Source: a virus
Taxonomy: Duplodnaviria > Caudoviricetes
IMG/VR virus record: IMGVR_UViG_3300042973_000021
Span: 1-64,000 of that record
Strand: one strand, 5' to 3'
DNA: 64,000 bases
Part shown: positions 36,438 to 46,354 of the stretch, piece by piece
Position numbering within the stretch: position 1 is the first letter of the stretch
How the letters are laid out: each line of letters starts with the position of its first letter
Notes under the pieces: generated by a model
Database searches by the model: none
What the model saw: only the letters and a program-made list of their open reading frames with translations
What the model was told of the DNA's origin: nothing
Made by a program: the position numbers and the translations under genes

Positions 36438-38426
36438 ATGCATGAGTTAGATATAGATTTGGAGACGTACAGCAGCAACGACCTGTCAAAATGCGGCGTT
36501 TATAAATATTCCGAAGCCGATGACTTTGAGATTCTGCTGTTCGGATATTCTGCTGACGGCGGCGAAGTCCAAGTAATTGATCTGGCCTCGGGAGAATCCA
36601 TCCCGGATGAAATAATAGATGCCCTGACCGATGACGATGTAATCAAATGGGCGCATAACAGCCAGTTCGAGAGAATCTGCCTTTCCCGGTACCTGCGCGA
36701 CCGCGGCATCAGTCTTGATCCGTTCCACGACAATCACCCGCTGTCGACTGAGTGTGCAAAATATCTGAACCCGGAAAGCTGGCGCTGTTCCATGATTTGG
36801 GGAGCATATCTCGGGCTGCCATTATCGCTTGATAAAGTCGGCAGTGTCCTGAAACTGGAGCAGAGAAAAATGTCAGAAGGCAAAGCTCTGATACGGTACT
36901 TCTGTGTCCCATGCGCTCCCACGAAATCAAACGGCGGACGCACAAGGAATCTCCCGGCAGATGATCCGGGAAAATGGTCGGTTTTCAAAGCGTACAACAA
37001 GCGTGATGTTGAGGTGGAAATAAAGATAAAAGCCCGGCTGCAAGGATTCCCTGTACCGGACTTTGTATGGGATGAATATCACATTGATCAGGAGATCAAC
37101 GACAGAGGCATTCTGATTGATATGGAGCTTGTGGACAGCGCAATTGCAATGGACGACCGCTCCAAGCAGGAGCTGTCGGATAAAATGAAGGAGCTGACGC
37201 ATCTGGATAATCCGGGCAGCGTGCAGCAGATGAAGCAGTGGCTCGCTGACAACGGTATGGAGATGGAGAGTCTCGGCAAAAAGGAAGTCGCCGCTGCCAT
37301 CAAGACTGCTCCGCCAGAACTCGCTAATATTCTCACGCTACGCCAACAGCTCGCAAAATCCTCGGTCAAGAAATACCAGGCGATGAAAACGGCGGTCTGC
37401 AAGGATGGCCGGGCGCACGGGATGTTTCAATTTTACGGAGCGAACCGCAGCGGGCGCTGGGCTGGACGTATTATTCAATTGCAGAATTTGCCGCAGAATC
37501 ACATCCCGGATCTGGAACAAGCGAGAAAACTTGTGAAGACAGGCGACTACGAAATGGTGTCGATGCTGTATGGCGATGTGCCGGATACGCTATCCCAGCT
37601 CATCCGCACCGCCTTCATTCCTAAGCCGGGATACAAGTTCGTCGTCAGTGATTTCTCCGCCATCGAGGCGAGGGTGCTGTCCTATCTCGCAAATGAGAAG
37701 TGGCGTATCGACGTCTTTAACAACAACGGCGATATTTACTGCGCATCAGCCAGTGCAATGTTCGGTGTTCCGGTTGAAAAGCATGGGCAGAACGCACACC
37801 TGCGGCAGAAAGGCAAAATTGCGGAATTGGCTCTCGGTTACGGCGGCTCAGTCGGAGCGTTGAAGGCGATGGGCGCACTCGACATGGGACTTACTGAAGA
37901 CGAGCTTTATCCGCTTGTATCCTCATGGCGCGCTGCCAATCCGAACATCGTGCAGTTCTGGTGGGACGTCGACCGCTGCGTTACCGATACCGTTCAGAAG
38001 CATCTTCGCACAGAGACGCATGGTATTGTCTTCAGCTATAAGTCCGGCATGATATTTATCACACTTCCATCCGGCAGACGACTTTCCTACGTAAAACCGA
38101 GGATGGGGCTGAACCGATTCGGTTCGGAATCTGTCACTTACATGGGAATCAGCTCCACGAAGAAATGGGAACGAATCGAGAGCTACGGTCCGAAATTCGT
38201 GGAAAATATCGTGCAGGCGATCAGCCGAGACATTCTCGCCTACGCCATGAAGACACTCCGCTGCTGCGCCATCGTCGGACACGTCCACGATGAGCTGATT
38301 ATCGAGTGCGATCCGTGCGTATCACTTGATGCTGTCTGTGAGCAGATGGGCCGGACGCCGCCGTGGGTACCGGGACTCAAGCTGAATGCGGACGGGTATG
38401 AGTGCCAGTTTTATATGAAAAGCTGA
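36438..38426 (+). CDS. Family A DNA polymerase with 3'-5' exonuclease (phage type)
   Basis: DLETYS exo I, DFSAIEARV motif A, RQKGKIAELALGYGG motif B, HVHDE motif C. Confidence 0.93.
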   Translation: MHELDIDLETYSSNDLSKCGVYKYSEADDFEILLFGYSADGGEVQVIDLASGESIPDEIIDALTDDDVIKWAHNSQFERICLSRYLRDRGISLDPFHDNHPLSTECAKYLNPESWRCSMIWGAYLGLPLSLDKVGSVLKLEQRKMSEGKALIRYFCVPCAPTKSNGGRTRNLPADDPGKWSVFKAYNKRDVEVEIKIKARLQGFPVPDFVWDEYHIDQEINDRGILIDMELVDSAIAMDDRSKQELSDKMKELTHLDNPGSVQQMKQWLADNGMEMESLGKKEVAAAIKTAPPELANILTLRQQLAKSSVKKYQAMKTAVCKDGRAHGMFQFYGANRSGRWAGRIIQLQNLPQNHIPDLEQARKLVKTGDYEMVSMLYGDVPDTLSQLIRTAFIPKPGYKFVVSDFSAIEARVLSYLANEKWRIDVFNNNGDIYCASASAMFGVPVEKHGQNAHLRQKGKIAELALGYGGSVGALKAMGALDMGLTEDELYPLVSSWRAANPNIVQFWWDVDRCVTDTVQKHLRTETHGIVFSYKSGMIFITLPSGRRLSYVKPRMGLNRFGSESVTYMGISSTKKWERIESYGPKFVENIVQAISRDILAYAMKTLRCCAIVGHVHDELIIECDPCVSLDAVCEQMGRTPPWVPGLKLNADGYECQFYMKS

Positions 38427-38430
38427 AAAG

Positions 38431-38462
38431 AGTGGCTCCTGAATCATTCTGCAGGAGCCACT
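38431..38462. terminator. Probable bidirectional terminator between pol and the defence operon
   Basis: Perfect 11-bp stem AGTGGCTCCTG/CAGGAGCCACT between convergent genes. Confidence 0.7.
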
Positions 38463-39680
38463 TCTTATATTATCTTTTTTGCGCAGCCCATTGGCTATAG
38501 TGTTGAGCAGCATAAGCATCAATCAGACGATCTAAGTCTTCTTGCGATTTTTCCAAATCCTTACTGGAATTATTGCTGTCTATAAGATCCGCTGAAGAAT
38601 GACATAATGGATTCTGATTTCTAAACTGATGTGCATTTTTAATGGTGGAATCACAATTATAAATGCCATCATATAGCTTCTTAAACGCAGGCTCTTTGTA
38701 ATAGGCCTTGTAATTTGGCTTTTTACACGTCGGATCTACTCCAGATCGAAACGCCATATCCGCAGAAATCCTGTCGAAGAAATTCTTATAATACGCATAT
38801 GCCCCAAGGTAATTTGAACGGTTCTCTTCGCATATATGCATAAAGTAAAGAAACAACGCCTTTCTATCTTTTCCGATCGCATATAGATAACGATTCCACT
38901 TTAATGGTCGTAGCTGACTAAGAAAGCTTCTTTTACATGAGTATTCATAATATGAATATAAATCAGGGCTTTTCTCCCTAAGAATTTTTAGCAAATCTAT
39001 ATGCTGAAACTTACTCTGAATCAAATATGCAATGGCTATAGTTGTATCATATGAATTCCATATGCCCGCTCTATATCTTATAAACAGCTGATTTAGCATA
39101 GCTTTGATCGCACTATCACTTCCAGACTGCATCACCATTACAGACAACCTCTTGGGATCAATTGATAAAAAAGAAATATCCTGTTCAATGATTCTGAGTA
39201 ATTCTGTAGTAGTATCAGGCTTTTTCAGTTCCGTTTGGTTTTCATAAACGAAGTAATTATAAACTGACATCGCAGTAAGCTCGATATCATCTGAATGAAA
39301 ATGCTCTTCAATAAGATTGAGATATTGTTCATATGTGATTCCATGATTTTGAACGCATTTATATACATCTTTCAGAAATTCACATATTCTGTCATTAAAG
39401 AGTTCTCCAAGAGAATGTTCTATTCCATTAATGTATTCATCATACAAAGACCTTTTCAAGCTTTCATTTATTTCGCCACATCTTTTAAGAGCACATTTTC
39501 CCACATTCAGAGACAGCCCATGATCTTTTAATATTGATGAATATGCATTTTTTATCGTGTTATATGTGCGTTTAAGATCTTCAAAATCTGTATCTGTTGA
39601 AAAAAGAATATACAGATCATCAACATAACGTATCATGTGGAAATCTTTAAAATTTCCCACATTTGTCTTTATAAAAGAAT

Positions 39681-40897
39681 GGTAGATTGTAAAATGAACT
39701 TGAACAGCTGAATAGAGTAAAATCCATAGTGGATTTCTGGTAGAATAAAGTCGCGAAACAAAAATTCACCGAAAGGAGTCCACTATGGATCAACTTAATT
39801 CTACCATGATTACACCCGATCGCGAAAGGGGTCAGCACCTGAGATTTGAAGAAAGATGCAGTATCAGGATCTTCAAAAAGCTTGGTTACTCTCTCCGCAA
39901 GATTGCTCAGCAGATCGACTGCTCTCCATCCACTGTGATGTACGAACTTCGGCGTGGTACAGGCGAACGCAGGGGCAGCAGAGGAAGATTTCCACAATAC
40001 TCCGCCAGACGTGGCCAGCAGAACTATGAGATCAATCGATCCCGTTGTCACAAGGCACACAAGATTGCGGGTGCCCAGCCCTTCCTGGAATGGATGTATG
40101 GAAAGATCAAACATCACAAGTGGTCTCTTGATGCCTGTGTGGGTTATGCCAAACGGGAGCAGCTGTTTCCAGCAGAACAGATTCCATGCACAAAAACTTT
40201 GTACAATGAGCTCTGGGCAGGAAATCTCGAGATTCACCCTGCAGATGTTCCGGAAGCACTGTCCAGAAAGTCCCACAAAAATCACAGAGTCCGCCAGAAC
40301 AAGCATATCCTGGGCAAAAGCATCGAAGAACGCCCTGAGGAAGTGATGGAACGGATTCACTGTGGTCACTGGGAGATTGATACGGTAGTAGGCCATAAAA
40401 GCGGCAAAGAATCGGTTGTCCTTACTCTGCTTGAGAAGAAGACTGATTACTATATGGCCATCAAAATCCCGGGAAAGGACGCTGACTCTGTCATGACGGC
40501 TCTGGAAGTGTTGCGTGAAGAATACCAGGAGCACTTCACGGAGATCTTCCAATCCATTACAGCCGACAATGGCAATGAGTTTGCCAGACTTTGTGAGATG
40601 GAAAAATATGGTATATATGTATATTTTGCCCATCCATATTCGTCCTGGGAAAGGCCACAGAATGAACGGCACAATCGCATTCTTCGCAGATTTATTCCCA
40701 AGGGTGCCTCGATAGAGCGATACAGTGCGGAACAAATCTGCAGCTTTGCAGATGAGATCAACGCATTGCCCCGAAAGGCGCTAGGCTACTGCACTCCAGA
40801 GGAGCTATTCGAGAAGTTTCTCGATCAGGTATATTCAGTTGACAAGGTTCAATCAGCTTCGTAACTGCTACTGTTCAATTTGAACTTGCAATTTACG
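39681..40897 (+). mobile_element. IS30-family insertion sequence
   Basis: Imperfect terminal IRs (gtagattgtaaaatgaacttgaacag / ctgttcaatttgaacttgcaatttac). 13-bp direct repeat TTTATAAAAGAAT at 39668-39680 and 40898-40910. Confidence 0.93.
39785..40864 (+). CDS. IS30-family transposase
   Basis: N-terminal HTH, GHWEIDTV, ITADNGNEF and YSSWERPQNE DDE motifs. Confidence 0.95.
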   Translation: MDQLNSTMITPDRERGQHLRFEERCSIRIFKKLGYSLRKIAQQIDCSPSTVMYELRRGTGERRGSRGRFPQYSARRGQQNYEINRSRCHKAHKIAGAQPFLEWMYGKIKHHKWSLDACVGYAKREQLFPAEQIPCTKTLYNELWAGNLEIHPADVPEALSRKSHKNHRVRQNKHILGKSIEERPEEVMERIHCGHWEIDTVVGHKSGKESVVLTLLEKKTDYYMAIKIPGKDADSVMTALEVLREEYQEHFTEIFQSITADNGNEFARLCEMEKYGIYVYFAHPYSSWERPQNERHNRILRRFIPKGASIERYSAEQICSFADEINALPRKALGYCTPEELFEKFLDQVYSVDKVQSAS

Positions 40898-41595
40898 TTT
40901 ATAAAAGAATGGAGCTCTGTATCGATTTTATCAAGGTAAATAACTGTAGCAAGATATGAAGATGCCATACTATTTTCTATAAGTGGGTAATCTCCATTTC
41001 CACAAAAAAGCAAAAGCTCTTTCATAAGAAGAATTTCACTCTGAGAAATTTCTTGTGTTGAACTATTACATACTTCATCAATTCTGGCCATCAGTTCATT
41101 TACATTGATGTTCCCGTAAAAATTTGTAATATCTGTCTTTATAAAATACTGACATTCCTGAGCATATGCATTGATTGCTTTATAAAAATTATCATAATCA
41201 TGCCCATATTTTGCGCGTGATTGGTTATAGTTCCCTGCGTAAAAAACTTCTATGTCATTTGGGCGTTCTGGAATATATTTACATGAAATTTCTTTTCCTA
41301 TTGATTGAAGCACCAAAAATAATAACGGAGAAATCAAAGCAGAATTCCGGAAGCTGCCGTCACCCTTTTGGATAAAATTTTCAGAATGGCGCATAACTTC
41401 AGGGAATAAAACAAAACCTCCAGAATCTATATACTTATCAAAGAATTCTCTGCTTTTTATCAGTTCCTTATCGTCGTCTGATATTTTTGTGTAAGGAAAC
41501 CACTGCAGATATGCTTTTAAAGAACCCTGCGAAATTGAAAAATACATTTCGCATATCTCTTTCCATACGTCATATGAAATACCAAACATCTAATC

Positions 41596-43725
41596 TTATT
41601 CCACTCCCAGCGCCTTGAACACTGCGTCTTCCGCGCTCTGATAAAAGATAATCTGAAAGTTTCCCATCAGTTCCGGTGGCACGGCTCCCATGTCTGCTGC
41701 CGAAGTTATCGGAAGCAGAATCTTCTTTGCTCCGCTGTCAAGGCATACCTGCAGCGCGTTTGCCAGCTCATCCACCTTGATCATAGAACCGGCGATACTG
41801 ATCTCTCCCAGCACGGCAAGAGAACTCTGTGTCGGACGATTCAGCGCAATCGAGCAAATAGAAATAACCGTCGGCAGAGCCAGCTTGTCTGTAATTCCAA
41901 TGCCCTGCAGATCCTGATAATTGATGTTGTAATCCTTCGACGTCATGCTGATGGAGCCGCTGATCCGCTTTGCATTTGCCTTCAGGAAATTGAACGCCGT
42001 ATTCGTCGCTTCCTTCGCGCCGCGATCACTTCCAAGGCCCGTGCATACGAGCTTCCCAGTTCCCGGCAGCATCTGCGATTCCAAGCGGAATACACCGAGC
42101 ATCCCACTCTTACCACGAGAAACCGTGTAAACCTGTCCCGGATTGCAGATACCCTCCGGGATCAGCTTTCCGCCGCCCTGCTCCGGCACGGAGACATATT
42201 TCTCTTCAAAGGTCTCATTGTCGATATAGCTGAAATTCACATCGTAGAATTCCATGCCGCCGAGCTTCTTGAGCTGCTCTTTGACACGGCGGCGCATTTC
42301 GAGAGAAATCTTCAGGACTTCCTCTACGTCGTCCTTCGTGAATTCGCCGTTCGGATACATAAGCTTCAGGTATCCGTCCACCATCCTGCGGACCGCAATG
42401 ACGTCACGCTGGTTCAGATTCTTTCCAAGATGGAAATAATGATCCAGCGCATCTCCGAGCTGCTCTTTCCGCATCTCGCGAATCCATCCGGCCAGATAAT
42501 CGGTAATAAAACCATAGTCATCTGTAAAATGCTCCGGTCGGAACTTCGGTACCTCCCATCCTGGCAGATAGCAGTGAATACGGTCAAGGAACGCTGTATC
42601 GGTTCCCATTTCCGGCGGGAACGGATCAAAGAGGCTGGATGTCTTCAGGAGCACATCGACACTCTGATTGATATTGCCAACGAAAACCATCGACGCAGAA
42701 GCAGCCTTTTCTTCCTTTCCACGGGCAAAAGAACCAGATGCCATGTAATCCTTCATGATCTGAATTCCGTCGTTATCTTTGAATTTGATCCCGGCGACCT
42801 CATCAAACGCCACACAGTCCCACAGCCCGACAAGCCCGATAGTCTTTCTTCCCATATTGTAGAAAAGATTCGCGACCGTCGTCTGGCCTCCGGAAACAAG
42901 AATACTGTTCGGCGATACCTCTTTATAGAGATACGACTTTCCGGTCGAACGTGGTCCGAGCTCACAGAGATTGAAGTTATTCTCGATCAGCGGAATCATC
43001 CGGGTGAGAAGCAGCCATTTCTCTCTGTATGTCAATTCATCCGGTTCCATTCCGATCGAGCGCATCAGAATATCGAGCCATTCATCCTTCGTGAAGTCTT
43101 TTCGTCCTTCTTTCAGGCCATCCATATCCACGCTTGGCAACTGGATCGGCGTAAGCTTGCGGATGCTGATCGGCGTCAGGTCCTTCTGCTTTTTCCGCTT
43201 CGACTGAATGCGATCGCCGGAAGGCGAGATAATATCCGGCACCGCGTCTTCGCCGGAATCATATTCCAGCTGAACAATACACCAGATTCCGCCGCAGAGC
43301 AGGCGATCATACTTCTCCGGGTACTCTTCACTGATTGGAATCCCGGCAAGGCCGAGATTGGAGAAGCTTGCCTCATACTCGTCATAACGAAGATTGAGAT
43401 TCACCGTCACCATATCGATAATGGTGTGGCTTCCTCTCTGACGGAGCTTCGACAGAACCTTCTGCGCTTCATCTGGACGGACAAAGTTATCCGCCAGAAT
43501 CCGCTTCACATTTTCAATACCCTGTTCGATGACTTCCTCGTCATCAGAGCTGCAGTACTGGCCGAGAAGAAATTCCAGGACATAAACCGGCACATTTGCG
43601 CCTTCCTTGATCTTCTTGGTCAGGTCCTTCCGCACGATCTTTCCGTCAAAGTTCTGACGGAGCTTTTCTTTTATGATTTCACGGGTGCTCTTTTCCCCGG
43701 TAGAAATATCATCCATTCGTATCAC
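41596..43725 (-). CDS. brxL: BREX Lon-like protein BrxL
   Basis: VPVYVLEFLLGQYC, ELGPRSTGKS, FDEVAG and AFLDRIH motifs, Lon-like C-terminus. Confidence 0.93.
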   Translation of the reverse strand: MIRMDDISTGEKSTREIIKEKLRQNFDGKIVRKDLTKKIKEGANVPVYVLEFLLGQYCSSDDEEVIEQGIENVKRILADNFVRPDEAQKVLSKLRQRGSHTIIDMVTVNLNLRYDEYEASFSNLGLAGIPISEEYPEKYDRLLCGGIWCIVQLEYDSGEDAVPDIISPSGDRIQSKRKKQKDLTPISIRKLTPIQLPSVDMDGLKEGRKDFTKDEWLDILMRSIGMEPDELTYREKWLLLTRMIPLIENNFNLCELGPRSTGKSYLYKEVSPNSILVSGGQTTVANLFYNMGRKTIGLVGLWDCVAFDEVAGIKFKDNDGIQIMKDYMASGSFARGKEEKAASASMVFVGNINQSVDVLLKTSSLFDPFPPEMGTDTAFLDRIHCYLPGWEVPKFRPEHFTDDYGFITDYLAGWIREMRKEQLGDALDHYFHLGKNLNQRDVIAVRRMVDGYLKLMYPNGEFTKDDVEEVLKISLEMRRRVKEQLKKLGGMEFYDVNFSYIDNETFEEKYVSVPEQGGGKLIPEGICNPGQVYTVSRGKSGMLGVFRLESQMLPGTGKLVCTGLGSDRGAKEATNTAFNFLKANAKRISGSISMTSKDYNINYQDLQGIGITDKLALPTVISICSIALNRPTQSSLAVLGEISIAGSMIKVDELANALQVCLDSGAKKILLPITSAADMGAVPPELMGNFQIIFYQSAEDAVFKALGVE

Positions 43726-43730
43726 ATCCT

Positions 43731-46340
43731 TTAGCTGAAGAAATCGAAGTCATCCACAGCAAAAGCAATGTCTATGGAGAATTCTTCGCGCTGTGGCAGC
43801 TGCAGACCGCTTTCGTCCGCAATCACCAGATAATAGCTTTCTTTATTGCTGTATTTCATTGATTTCAGGTTGAAGCTCACGCGGAACGTTCTGTCCTGAT
43901 TGTTGCTGCTCGTTTTATCCGCAATTACTCGCTGCGTATCGCTAACCTGTTTTCCTTCTGAATCTACAAAGTACAGAAGATAATTAGTAGCCTCACGGTT
44001 ATCGCCGACTGCTTCCTTCTGATAGAAATTCAGAGAGAAGATCATATTGCTGATCTTGCGGCTTGCCGAGAGAAGGCTCAGCGTCACGGGTTTTGTATCA
44101 TACTTTTTCTTATTCTTCTGATATCCGGCGCTGTCCGTACGCATGTAATGGTAATCGATCACCGGCACGACCATCTCCTGCAGGCTGATACCTCCATGCA
44201 CGAAGTTCAGGCCACCGCCTTTCTTTTTGATCCGGGTGTTTCCTATCGGTGCAAAAGCGTCATACTGCGTGCCATCCAGAAATTTTACCGGAAGCAGATA
44301 CTCCGGCTTCGCACCTTTTTTCGTAATAAGATAACGGCGATCCACTTCCACATCATCAGCTGAAGATGTCGTCTTATCCACCTTTGCATCCTCCGTCAAC
44401 GGCTTATAGGTGTAGATAAAGCCGTGGTCAGAAGTGATGTATATCCTCGTTCCGCTGAACTCATTGACAATGATACGCACCATGTTCTTGAGCTCGGAAA
44501 TCGCATCACTGCAAGAGTCAAAAACAAGTGCTTCATCGGTATGGCTGGTCTCATCAATCTTGTCATGGTAGATATATACGACATCCATGCCCTTTACCAG
44601 AGCGCTGCGCTCAGCACGCTTCATCTTGATGATATCCTTGTACTTCAGCGCCACGCTTGCCGGATTCGCTTTCTTCAGGATTCCGTCCCGGTACTGCGCA
44701 TCTGTCGGCTGGCCGTCCGCCAGAACGCCCACGACGCCATTCGATTTCAACTCCGCCGTCAGTTCCTTATGCGGCAGAAGCGCCGTCATGCCGAACTTCG
44801 TCACAGTTGGGAAAATGCCCTCGCAGGATGACAGCTTAACCTCTGCCTGCGTTTCCCGGCGCAGCTCTTCAGATAGTGTTGCCGCTACTTCATAGCGCAT
44901 GGCATCGGAAATAATCACAAACACGCGAGTATCGGCATTCTGCACGTGGGTGCGATAGAAATCCCGCTGCTGCGGCACCTCCATAATCCTGCCGTATTCC
45001 TTCAGGTTGTCCGATGCGGCAGTTGCCCAGTTGGTGCCAAGATTATCCAGATACCAGTTTGCGTACAGTCCTTCCACATTGTCCGCCACATGCTTAAACA
45101 GGTCGTCGAGCAGCGGATTGGATGAATTCAGAGATTTCCCGAACGCCACATGGAAAAGCCTGTAGCAGGTATCCATCTTATAGTAATCAGTAGTGTATTC
45201 CTTCCAGACCTTATGCGGCTCCACGGTATGAAATCCGGCGGCATGGTCCAGATAGAACTTCTGCATGTGCGCGACCTCCAGAACTCCCTCATAAAAGTTC
45301 TGCACTCGCTCATACCAAAGCATCGTCCGGCGCTGCTCCGCGGTCTGTTCGATGACATCCACATTAATCGTATGATCGATGATGTCCGTCATCAGTTTTT
45401 TCAGAATGCACTCATCGATGCACGGAAAGATTTCTGTCTGGGTAAGCTCTTCAATCGGCAGCTGACTGAATCTTGCCGGAAGGCGTAGTTCATCTTCGGT
45501 CTGTCTTGCAATGCTATAAAGCTCCCGCGTCTCATCCGAATGCATCCACTCCGACATGAAATCGTAGCAATAGCTCTGATGCGGGATAGAAATAAACCCA
45601 TCCAGACCGATCAGATTATCCATGCGCATAGTACGTGTTGCCGCCGTCATCAGGATATGGCAGGAGAGCCTGCCGAGATCAGGCGTTTCCTCACGATAAC
45701 CGGTGACCTGAGCCACCATCTGCCAGAAAACAGAGTATGCTCCATATTTTACGAGAGACTGGTATATGCTGTTCTGCTCCTGATCAGTTCCGGCACGGAG
45801 CACCGTCCGGATCAGAAGATTCGGCTCGGTATCCTTCACACCACAGAGAATCGCGATCACAGCCTTATGCAGATGCACAGGTGCAGTGATCTTCTGATTG
45901 AGATTTGCCACCTTCGTGCGGTGAGCCTTCGTCTTGAAGAACGGACGATAATCCTTCACAGTCTTCCGCAGGTTCGCCGTATTCTCAATCCCCATCTCTT
46001 CGAGCCAGATGGAAACAAGATCCGCGCGGAATTCCTCACTGTAAAGCTGCACGGGCAGGAGCCAGTTTTTTTCATCCGGATAGGTGACCGGGCAATAGAC
46101 ACAGAAGTTACTCGTCCTGTCATCATGCGTCAGAAGCTTCTTTACTTCAAAATTATTCGTCTCATCCAGAGCGATGAGCTTTGCATCCGCCAGTTTGATT
46201 TCTCCGTTCTGAACCTTCTCCTCGAAATCCCTGTCCTCGTCGTACCAGAAGATGATCCGGCGCTGATAGAACTCCGGAAGCGAAGCAGCAAACCGGCGGT
46301 TTAATTCCTGTATTACTTTATCTGAATCAGGCAGAGCCAT
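43731..46340 (-). CDS. pglZ: BREX-1 phosphatase-domain protein PglZ
   Basis: RIIFWYD, IISDAMRYE, TSDHGF and FVHGGISLQEM motifs. Confidence 0.95.
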   Translation of the reverse strand: MALPDSDKVIQELNRRFAASLPEFYQRRIIFWYDEDRDFEEKVQNGEIKLADAKLIALDETNNFEVKKLLTHDDRTSNFCVYCPVTYPDEKNWLLPVQLYSEEFRADLVSIWLEEMGIENTANLRKTVKDYRPFFKTKAHRTKVANLNQKITAPVHLHKAVIAILCGVKDTEPNLLIRTVLRAGTDQEQNSIYQSLVKYGAYSVFWQMVAQVTGYREETPDLGRLSCHILMTAATRTMRMDNLIGLDGFISIPHQSYCYDFMSEWMHSDETRELYSIARQTEDELRLPARFSQLPIEELTQTEIFPCIDECILKKLMTDIIDHTINVDVIEQTAEQRRTMLWYERVQNFYEGVLEVAHMQKFYLDHAAGFHTVEPHKVWKEYTTDYYKMDTCYRLFHVAFGKSLNSSNPLLDDLFKHVADNVEGLYANWYLDNLGTNWATAASDNLKEYGRIMEVPQQRDFYRTHVQNADTRVFVIISDAMRYEVAATLSEELRRETQAEVKLSSCEGIFPTVTKFGMTALLPHKELTAELKSNGVVGVLADGQPTDAQYRDGILKKANPASVALKYKDIIKMKRAERSALVKGMDVVYIYHDKIDETSHTDEALVFDSCSDAISELKNMVRIIVNEFSGTRIYITSDHGFIYTYKPLTEDAKVDKTTSSADDVEVDRRYLITKKGAKPEYLLPVKFLDGTQYDAFAPIGNTRIKKKGGGLNFVHGGISLQEMVVPVIDYHYMRTDSAGYQKNKKKYDTKPVTLSLLSASRKISNMIFSLNFYQKEAVGDNREATNYLLYFVDSEGKQVSDTQRVIADKTSSNNQDRTFRVSFNLKSMKYSNKESYYLVIADESGLQLPQREEFSIDIAFAVDDFDFFS

Positions 46341-46354
46341 AAGCTTCGCCTCCT

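Larger units (their letters stand above)
38470..41589 (-). pseudogene. abiA: AbiA-like reverse transcriptase-HEPN abortive infection gene, interrupted by IS30
   Basis: RT motifs KGDGSFR, FIKTDITNFY, YPLIENSMASSYLA and RYVDD, plus C-terminal RNQNPLCH (HEPN Rx4-6H). Removing the IS and one TSD copy restores a 629-aa frame (..ELHSFIKTNVGNFKDFHMIRYVDD..). Confidence 0.85.

Noticed and set aside
38470-39660. Independent expression of the C-terminal HEPN fragment from an IS-derived promoter
   Set aside because: No convincing outward -35/-10 pair or RBS before the GTG at 39660.
38470-41589. RT as part of a diversity-generating retroelement, retron or group II intron
   Set aside because: No TR/VR pair seen in tail genes, no space for msr-msd upstream (6 nt from brxL) and no intron maturase features. 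Motifs, size and HEPN tail fit AbiA.
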